64,000 nt of DNA from Octopus vulgaris (Eukaryota): contig OX597818.1 of assembly GCA_951406725.2 (NCBI GenBank), forward strand, positions 25,792,001 through 25,856,000. Direction: 5' to 3'. Each line of letters begins with the position of its first letter. Position 1 is the first letter of the stretch. The notes beneath the pieces were generated by a model that was not told the origin of the DNA, ran no database searches, and saw only the letters and a list, made by a program, of their open reading frames with translations. Position numbers and translations under genes: made by a program. Below, in pieces: positions 55,510-64,000 of the stretch.

Positions 55510-57045
55510 ATGCATGCATGTACATCTGCCTATGTGTTTTGTGTGTGTGTATATGGGTTTGCTTACTATACTGTCTGTATCCATACCCTTTATTTAGTCT
55601 TTTTTTTTCATTTATTGACATATTTATCTCTCTGTGTTTTTTGCATTTCGTCTTAGATATGTGTATGTGTGTCTTTTTTGTGTGTGTATATGGGTTTGTG
55701 TATTATATTGTTTGTATCTGCACCTTTTTTTCTCCCATTCTGTCTTTAGTCATGCTGCATAGTGTGGTGGTGGGTGGTTTAACTGTAAGATTAAGAATGT
55801 AGTCTATACCACACAGTGTACTGAGAGACAATGCAGAAACAAGACAACAACTTAAATTGGGGAGACAGTATGTAGCATAGGGGAGTGGATAGGTGAACAC
55901 TGGTGGGAGATCAAAGAGGAAGGAGATCATTTAGAACATAGAGGCTAAGTTAATAACATAGATGTTAAAGTATTGTCAATGCATACAGCAGAAATAACAC
56001 CTAGACAGATTACAGCGGCCACACACATAGTAATAGACAGACTGGACCTCAACAGAAACTACTAATGGAACTAATGGAACAATAACATCCCACACCAACA
56101 CGATACACAACAGGATGACTAAAGACAGAAAAAAAGACACAGATACAAACAGTATAATACATAAGTCCATTTATATATATACACACAAAAGCCACACATA
56201 CACAACCTAAGACAAAATGGGAAAAAAATAGATAAATAGGCACAAGAGTGACTGTGTGGCAAATAGCTTGCTTACCAACCACATGGTTCCAGGTTTAGTC
56301 CCACTGCATGACACCTTGGGCAAATGTCATCTACAACTTCTACTATAGCCTCGGGCTGACCAAAGCCTTGTGAGTGGATTTGGTAGACGGAAACTGAAAG
56401 AAGCCTGTCGTATATATGTGTGTGTGTGTGTGTTTGTGTTTGTTCCACCACCCCAACATTGCTTGACAACTGATGCTGGTGTGTTTATATCCCCCTAACT
56501 TAACAGTTCGGCAAAAAGAGGCTTATAGAACTTAACATTTCGGCAAAAAGAGACTGATAGAATAAATGCTAGGCTTACAAAGAATAAGTTCTGGGGTCAA
56601 TTTGCTTGACTAAAAAAACAGGCGGAGCCTCAGCATGACTGCAGTGAAATGACTGAAACCAATAAAAAAAGAATAAATAAGTAGATAAATGAAAAAGTTA
56701 AATAAAGGGCAAACACATGTACAAAACACATAGACAAACGCACACATGGAGGCACACAGACACACACACACACACATACATACACACACACACGCACACA
56801 AGCAAACACACACACGCACACAAGCGAACACACACACACACAGATATAGACACTAATACATGTGCAGATAAGGAGACACACCATAGATAGATATAATGGA
56901 CTAAACAGAACAGGAGGAGACACGTGGGATGGAGAGTCACTGAAGAGGTCACAGGAGGTATGATGAAAAATTTCAAGACAAAGGACATAAAATAAGAACA
57001 AGAATAAATCTGAAGTGAAAAATGAATATATATAGTGTGTGTGTA
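55225..57045. mobile_element. Inverted pair of PLE-like 3'/pseudo-LTR segments around a GIY-YIG remnant
   Basis: 55225-55775 is an imperfect reverse complement of 56085-57045 once the SINE is excluded; 55930-56070 reads DVKVLS..RQITAA.HI...LNR; decayed CTGAAGA HHR-like core at ~56940. Confidence 0.6.
56237..56670 (+). mobile_element. tRNA-derived CORE-like SINE
   Basis: Homologous to the 9254 copy, with small internal duplications. Confidence 0.88.
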
Positions 57046-57262
57046 TGTGTGTCTGTTTCTATCGCCTTGTCTTGACATCACATTTCCAACAACAGAGAAA
57101 TTTTACCAGATGAAGTATGGTGACAGGAAGGGCATCCAGTCACAGAAAAGTCTGCCTCAACAAATTCCAGCCAGTCCATGCAAGTATGGAAAAGTGGATG
57201 TTAGAACAATGATGATGTGCATTATTTACATTCGAAGGATATTTGTCATGTTGTTTGTTGTT

Positions 57263-57308
57263 AACACAACGTTTCGGCTGATATACCTTCCAGCCTTCTG
57301 AAGGTGTC
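57263..57308 (-). ncRNA. Minimal hammerhead motif (core decayed to CTTCAGA)
   Basis: gacac-CTTCAGA-aggctg...cagcc-GAAAC-GTT-gtgtt. Confidence 0.55.
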
Positions 57309-57744
57309 TTGGGGAAATTTTGAATTTGGGTTTGCAAATATCTCCTTCAGGTAAAACCACCAATAGAAGAGAATATGACCAAAGACTGTGTGTACTCCAT
57401 CCCATGCAGCTGTGGTAGGTTATACAAAGGCAAAACATGCCTCACCTCAAAATAAGGGTAGACAAGCATCACAAAGCTGTGACATGAAGGGATATTGGTA
57501 AATTGAGTATAGCTGATCATGTATGGAAAAATGGAGACCACCTACCCCTGTGGGATGAAGTTAAAATAATAGACAGAGAACACCACTGGAAAATATGAAA
57601 ACTAAAAGAAGCAGCACATATGCTAGGACACAACAACCTCCTAAACAGACTGAGTGCAGATATGAGCAGCATATGGGAACCGGTATTAAGGAAGGATAGA
57701 AAAATATTAGATTTATAAGCCCTAAAATTCACTCCATAATTGCC

Positions 57745-57812
57745 CGCGGGCATATGGCCTAGTGGTTAAGAGCATGGGCTACTAATCCCAAGATTCCAAG
57801 TTCAATTCTAAG
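57745..57812 (+). promoter_or_regulatory. tRNA-like Pol III internal promoter (A/B boxes) inside the PLE 3' region
   Basis: A-box TGGCCTAGTGG at 57755-57765, anticodon-arm-like tggg..ccca, B-box GTTCAATTC at 57800-57808. Confidence 0.6.
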
Positions 57813-57888
57813 CAACAACAACAATAATAATAATAATAACATCGAAAAATACCTTAGGTATGAGAACCCAGGTTCGAAATTTCCCCAA

Positions 57889-57934
57889 GACACCTGAAGA
57901 AGGCTGGAGGGTATATCAGCCAAACCGTTGTGTT
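57889..57934 (+). ncRNA. Minimal hammerhead motif (GAAA decayed)
   Basis: gacac-CTGAAGA-aggctg...cagcc-AAAC-cGTT-gtgtt. Confidence 0.6.
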
Positions 57935-58144
57935 AACATCAAACAAGATGAGGACAAATATCCATAGAATATAAATAATGTACATAATTCTTCATCTCTT
58001 AAATATAGAACTGAATGATGATGTGATTATATATATTTAATATATATATTTAATCGTTTTTTGAGAAAAACATAAATCCAGAGAAGAAGCACACTGTAGG
58101 AAGTAGAGCAGTCTATATTAATTATTGGTGAAGGCCAGTTAATA

Positions 58145-58200
58145 GGGTTACCCTGGGTTTCTCACCATAAAGGGTACCTTTATGGTCTATCTTCAGACCC
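58145..58200 (-). ncRNA. Type I hammerhead ribozyme motif with intact core
   Basis: gggt-CTGAAGA-taga ccataaagg tac cctttatgg tga-GAAA-ccc a ggg-TA-accc. Confidence 0.72.
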
Positions 58201-59787
58201 AAAGGCCTCTTTAAAATGTGAGGGCAAATGATAGATATAAACAATGGAGATTATTTCCCTTTGGTGCTGGTCATCGGCTTCTGGCTGTGTTGTCCTCCTT
58301 CAGTCACACCACCTGTCAGCTATGAGGGTAAAAGGTAGGGAGTTATCCCCTACTCTCATCAGCAATCAATTTCCAGCTGTGGTGTAATTATCATTAATAC
58401 TGCTATTAGAGCTTTTATGTGGTTCCCAAAATGCTAACAGGAATTTCCTGAAATGCAAGCATTGTCTGAAAATCTCTGTTCTGGAATTCAGTATGGTCCT
58501 TGCAAGTTTTTCAGGATTTCCATGCATTCAGCTATGAATAGCTTTCAGCGTTTTGCTTCATTTATGTACGGAACCAGACGGTGGAGGATTTTCCATGATA
58601 TCAAGTATGGAATTCCATCTTCCTTCAGTTGCCAGATATGGCTGGCCAGTGATGTAACATATCTCCTTTTTGGGACCCTGAAGGAGGATCTATGGTTGGA
58701 AAGACATTTTTTTAAAGGAAGTTCCCGTGCAGCCAATATATTTCCTTGGATGCGTGGAGTTGGTGTCATGCCTATTATTGCTGTTGTTGTTGCTGCCACT
58801 GCTGCTGCTGTCAGTGCTGTTGTTGTTGCTGTTATTGTTGCTGTTGCTGCAGCTGTTGTTGCTGCAGCTGTTGTTGCTGCAGCTGTTGTTGCTGCAGCTG
58901 TTGTTGCTGCTGTTGCAGTTGTTGTTATCAATGTTGTTGCTGCCGTCTGTGCCACTATTGTTGTTGCTGCTGGTGCTGCTGATAGTGTTGATTCTGGTGG
59001 TGCTGGAGCTGGGGCTGTTGGTGGTGGTTGTGTCAGTAGTGTTACTGCCTCTGCATATGTTGCTGGTGATGCATGTGTTGATTTTATTAAGCCTGCAGAT
59101 GTTGATGTTACTGCCATTGTTGCTGCTGCTGCACCACCACCAACAGCCATAACTCCAGCACCACCAACAGAATCAACATCATCAGCAGCACCAGCAGCAG
59201 CAACAACAGCAACAGCAACAACAGCAACAACAACAGCAACACCATCAGCACTGATGGCAGTAGTGGTGGCAGCAACAACAGCAGCAGTAGTAGGCATGAC
59301 ATTGACTCCATGCATCCAAGGAAATACAATGGATGCATAAGAACTTCCTTTAAGCAATGTCTTTCTGACCGTAGATCCTCCTTCAGGATCCCAGAAAGGA
59401 AATATATAACATCACTGGCCAGCCATATCTGGCAACTGAAGGAAGATGGAATTCCATACTCGATATCATGGAATCCCTCACCATCTGCGTCCGTAGATAA
59501 ATGGAACAAAACACTGCAAGCTATGCATAACTGAACACAAAGATATTCTGAAAAACTCGTACCAGAGATCATACTGAACCATTACACCACAGCTGGAAAT
59601 TGATTGTTGATGAGAGTAGGGGATAACCCCACTAATGTTTACTCTCATAGCTGACAAGTGGCATGACTAAAGGAGGACAACAAAGCGGGAAGCTGATGTC
59701 CAGCACCAAAGGGAGATAATCCCCATTGTTTATATCTGTATTGTTTTGCTCCTCCATATTTTAAAGTGGCCATAGGCCAACTGGTCT

Positions 59788-59847
59788 TAGGGTCTGAAAA
59801 TACGCCATGAAGGTACCCTTTATGGTGAGAAACCCAGAGTAACCCTA
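59788..59847 (+). ncRNA. Hammerhead motif, sister copy (G8A lesion)
   Basis: tagggt-CTGAAAA-...ccatgaagg tac cctttatgg..-GAAA-cccagag-TA-acccta. Confidence 0.55.
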
Positions 59848-60053
59848 TAAACCAACCTTCACCAGTAATTAATGTATATATATAAATGTGGTCAATGCCA
59901 GTGCCTCCTGATTGGCTCCCATGCTGGTGGCACGTAAAAAGCACCCACTACACTCTTGACGTGGTTGGTGTTAGGAAGGGCATCCAGCTGTTGAAACATT
60001 GCCAAATAACTGAAACAAGTACAAGAATAAAAGAATATATATATATATATATT

Positions 60054-60098
<45 letters not shown>

Positions 60099-60569
60099 GT
60101 ATGTATAGTGGGTGTGGGTGTGCATATGTGTATGTGTTAATGTATATACATACATATTTATACACACACATACACACACACAGGTGTGTGTGTGTATTTA
60201 TGTGTATGTATGTGTGTGTGCATGTGTGTGTTGTTTATAAATATATCAGTACATATTTCTATTCATGCACATATACACATGCATACATGTTGCTAGCAGT
60301 GATGATATTAGAACTAAGTCAAGCATTGTAAGTTTTCTAAAGATTCTCTCCCTAACTCATCTGCTGTCAACAGTTTCACTACACATTAAAGGGAATAAGG
60401 AATTTGATGGCATCAGAAAAGTGTCATTGATTTCTGACAGAAAGCCATTACTCCACTCTTTGATTGGCAAACCAATATATATGAACATCCCATTAATGTA
60501 CAGTAAAGGAAATCACAACAAATTTCATTACCATCTTTATGCGTACATATGTGAATTCATGTATAAGCA

Positions 60570-60572
<3 letters not shown>

Positions 60573-60664
<92 letters not shown>

Positions 60665-60666
60665 GT

Positions 60667-60755
<89 letters not shown>
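60573..60755. repeat. (TA)n microsatellite
   Basis: Direct reading; similar long (TA)n tracts at 38375-38485 and 38905-39045. Confidence 0.95.
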
Positions 60756-60760
<5 letters not shown>

Positions 60761-60870
60761 TTATATGCATATTTACATATTTATACATACATTTATAATA
60801 TATATATATATATATACATATATACATATAAATATGCATATATATATGTGCATGTGTGTATATATGTAAA

Positions 60871-60906
<36 letters not shown>

Positions 60907-61196
60907 CATGTACATATACATATATTTTGGCATATACATATATAGCACATAAATCTGTATCAAATGCATTTCTAGCTCAGCTGAACTATTGTTTAGCCCC
61001 ACGTCAGCTTTGATTGTGGTGAATTATAAAACAAAAGCGTTCTAGCCATGACATTCCTGTCTCATTGTGTGTATGTATATACATATATACAAGGAATACA
61101 TTGTCAAATGTTTCTTGTCTTTTCATTCGGTAGGGTATGATTTGAGGGAAGCTGACTTCTCTTTCTAACAGGTTGAATACAGTATACATATATATA

Positions 61197-61421
61197 TTCT
61201 TTTACTTATTTCAGTCATTTTACTACAACCATGCTGGAGCTCCACCTTGAAGGGTTTTAGTTGAATAAATCGACCTCAGAACCTATTTTTTTCTTTAAAC
61301 TTAGTACTTATTCTATCGGTCTCTTATGGCAAACTGCTAAGTTATGAGAATGCAAACACACCACAACCAGTAGTCAAAGTGATGGGGAGACAAACACACA
61401 CACATAGAAATATACATACAT

Positions 61422-61481
<60 letters not shown>

Positions 61482-61645
61482 TATATAGATATACAATGAG
61501 CTTCTTTCAGTTTCCATCTACTAAATCCACTCACAAGGTTTGGTTGGCTCGAGGTTATGGTAGAAGACACTTGCCCAAGGTGCCATGCAGTGGGACTGAA
61601 CCTGGAACCATGTGGTCGGGAAGCAAGCTTCTTACCATACAGTTA
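61197..61645 (-). mobile_element. tRNA-derived CORE-like SINE
   Basis: Reverse-complement homology to the 9254 copy. Confidence 0.85.
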
Positions 61646-62205
61646 CATCTATGCTTAGTGTATAAACACGTACATTCTGTCCTCCCCTCCCACACCACCC
61701 TCTCTTTCTTCATCAGTGGATGTTATTTGCAAGCAAGTCTGTTTATGCGAGCATAAGTGTTGCAGATAGCATATTATCAAAAGAAGGCAAAAACAAAATA
61801 AAAGCATAGATTGGTCAGTTAGCATTTATGGCACTAAAATCTGAAGCTATATTTCAAACATTCCAAAGTAAAATATTAATTAAAACTAGAAAGGAGAGCA
61901 TCAAATAATTATGCAAAACCTAATGCCTAAAATACCTGTTAAAATGGAGTAACTTATTTTCAGTTATTATTACTGATAAGAAACCATTCTCAGAATCTTA
62001 GCTTGGTTGTGTGGCTATTTTAGAAACCTATTTAGATACTAACCTTGTATTATAAACATTTATTCCATTTTCTTTTCTTTGTTGTTGTTTTATTTTTCTT
62101 GCTATTTTAAAACAGTCGTAAAATGCAAATACAACTAATGAACCACATTTCTATAACAGGAAAGGATATCATCAACAAAAGAATTCCTTCAAAATTCATG
62201 TCAGA

Positions 62206-62275
<70 letters not shown>

Positions 62276-62630
62276 GTGTTCATTTGTGTACATGCCTCTG
62301 CTAATATACTATTAAAAAAATGTGAGATAAGGAAAATAACTCAAGTGGGCAAAATAGCAAGAGTTTATATAACTCAGGTGGGTGGTGATGTACTAACATA
62401 CAGAAAAAGAAATTAAAATGAAATGAAATTTGTTCCTTAGATGGAGGGGTGAAAAACAGGAAACGCTTGTAGCAATTAGGGAGTACAAGTTCACAGGAAA
62501 TTTTATTTACATGCTTAATTGGATTTTTCTTATCAGGCAAGTTGACAGCTACAACTGTCATCTACTATAAGGCCTTGGTTGACCAATGCCTTATAAATGT
62601 GAACATGGTGAACAGAAACTGTGTGAAAGC

Positions 62631-62853
62631 CAGGCGGCAAGTTGGCAGAAACATTAGCACGCTGGGCGAAATGCTTAGCAGCATTTTGTCTGTCTTTACG
62701 TTCTGAGTTCAAATTCCGGCGAGGCTGATTTTGCCTTTCATCCTTTCGAGGTCGATAAATTAAGAACCAGTTATGCACTGGGGTCGATGTAATTGACTTA
62801 ATCCCTTTGTCTGTCCCCTCTATGTTTCGCCCCTTGTGGGCAATAAGGAAATA
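62631..62853 (+). mobile_element. tRNA-derived Deu/Nin-like SINE with target-site duplication
   Basis: B-box gagttcaaattcc; gcctttcatcctttcgaggtcgataaattaagaaccag domain; flanking direct repeat agaaactgtgtgaaag at 62614-62629 and 62854-62869. Confidence 0.9.
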
Positions 62854-62929
62854 AGAAACTGTGTGAAAGTCCATTTTACACAACACACACACACATATGC
62901 ATATATGTATGTATGTGTGTGTATGTGTA

Positions 62930-63013
<84 letters not shown>

Positions 63014-63622
63014 ATCTATATGAATAATAATAGAAGATGGATAATTGTCAGCTCATTATGGCTGTTTCTTATGTAACTTTTTAATAGAAAATGAGAACGT
63101 TATATCATTATAACAGACCGTAATCATCATTAATTAAGCATGTAAATTAAATTTCCTGTGAACTTGTATTCCCTAATTTTACAAAACAAAAGAATATCCT
63201 ATGAATACAGACACATCCCTGCTGTATTCTTGAGATATTTTTTTGCTTTGTATAATTACTTCTCATCTGATGATTACAGTCTTTTATAATGATGTAACAT
63301 TCTATTAAAAAGCTATGTAAGCAACAGCTGTAATGAGCTGATAATTATTCATCATATGTTATTACTCGTTTCATTATGATACACCAAGGGAATTTTTGAC
63401 TTAACGGACACCCTAGAGTATACCAACAACATACTACTCAAAGTAACACGTAATTTGTACCAGCCTCTTAGGTGCTAAATACTCATAGAATTGGTTTTCT
63501 CTGTGTACACAACTGAAATATCCTATCTGATGTTTTGACTCTCACCAAACAGAGGCTGGAACCACAGACATTACCCAACCTTTCCAAATACCTGATTCTA
63601 TTGGAATCCTCATATTACTTCT

Positions 63623-63661
<39 letters not shown>

Positions 63662-63666
<5 letters not shown>

Positions 63667-64000
63667 TGCTCGACAGAGCGTTAGTACCCTGAGAGAAATG
63701 TTGGACCTAAGGAGCATCAGTTGTGGTGTGCAAGAGAGACAAGTGCGCTGGTATGGTCATGTGGCGAGAATGGATGAAGATAGGTGTGTGAAAAAGTGCC
63801 AATCCCTAGCAGTGGAGGGAACCCGTGGAAGAAGTAGACCCAGGAAAACTTGGGACGAAGTGGTGAAGCACGACCTTTGAACTTTAGGTCTCACTGAGGA
63901 AATGACCAGTGACCGAGACCTTTGGAAATATGCTGTGCGTGAAAAGACCAGGCAGCACAAGTGAGTCCAGCCCACTCATGCATGCCTTTCCTCCCTTGGA
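63662..64000 (+). mobile_element. RTE LINE 3' fragment (ORF C-terminus), running off the window
   Basis: ERQVRWYGHVARM...GTRGRSRPRKTWDEVV, the RTE C-terminal RW.GHV.R / GRP..W motif. Confidence 0.88.

Larger units (their letters stand above)
57220..58015 (+). mobile_element. 5'-truncated Penelope-like element (GIY-YIG) with inverted pseudo-LTR
   Basis: CVYSIPCSCGRLYKGKT...ADHVWK..HLPLWDEVKIIDRE..KLKEAAHM; 57220-57332 is inverted relative to 57865-57980. Confidence 0.85.
58120..59872. mobile_element. Head-to-head inverted duplication of a PLE GIY-YIG 3' end with pseudo-LTRs
   Basis: Arms ~58120-59030 and ~59132-59872; KYNGC..SFKQCLS..RSSF...TSLASHIWQLKEDGIPY.ISW on both strands; an HHR in each arm. 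Confidence 0.85.

Noticed and set aside
57745-57812. Functional tRNA gene
   Set aside because: The acceptor stem and T-arm do not pair properly and it is embedded in a TE; treated as tRNA-derived.
58453-59357. 295-aa and 270-aa mucin- or antifreeze-like ORFs
   Set aside because: Overlapping stop-free frames arise from GCT/GTT repeats inside an inverted PLE relic.

Overview
AT-rich, microsatellite-dense eukaryotic DNA in which I cannot support any intact host gene. Almost all of it is nested, decayed transposable elements. The repeat set is RTE LINEs, Dong/R4 RLE retrotransposons in (TAA)n or (CATA)n arrays, tRNA-derived CORE-like and Deu/Nin-like SINEs, Penelope-like elements (PLEs), maT/Tc1, Merlin, Gypsy, CR1, Helitrons and MITEs, which suggests an octopus/cephalopod genome (inference). 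Most listed ORFs are microsatellite artefacts or frameshifted TE fragments. The most notable signal is RNA structure: several unrelated families of minimal type I hammerhead ribozyme (HHR) motifs sit in inverted or tandem PLE pseudo-LTR-like units. Three stand out: (i) a young, non-coding 482-bp tandem array with one HHR per unit and a 367-bp inverted arm (36.7-38.4 kb, retrozyme-like); (ii) an HHR with a U3:A8 core pair inside a perfect 70-bp inverted repeat (24.9 kb); (iii) a PLE 3' end in which a tRNA-like Pol III promoter precedes the HHR (57.7-57.9 kb). Coordinates were read by eye, and boundaries of decayed elements are approximate.
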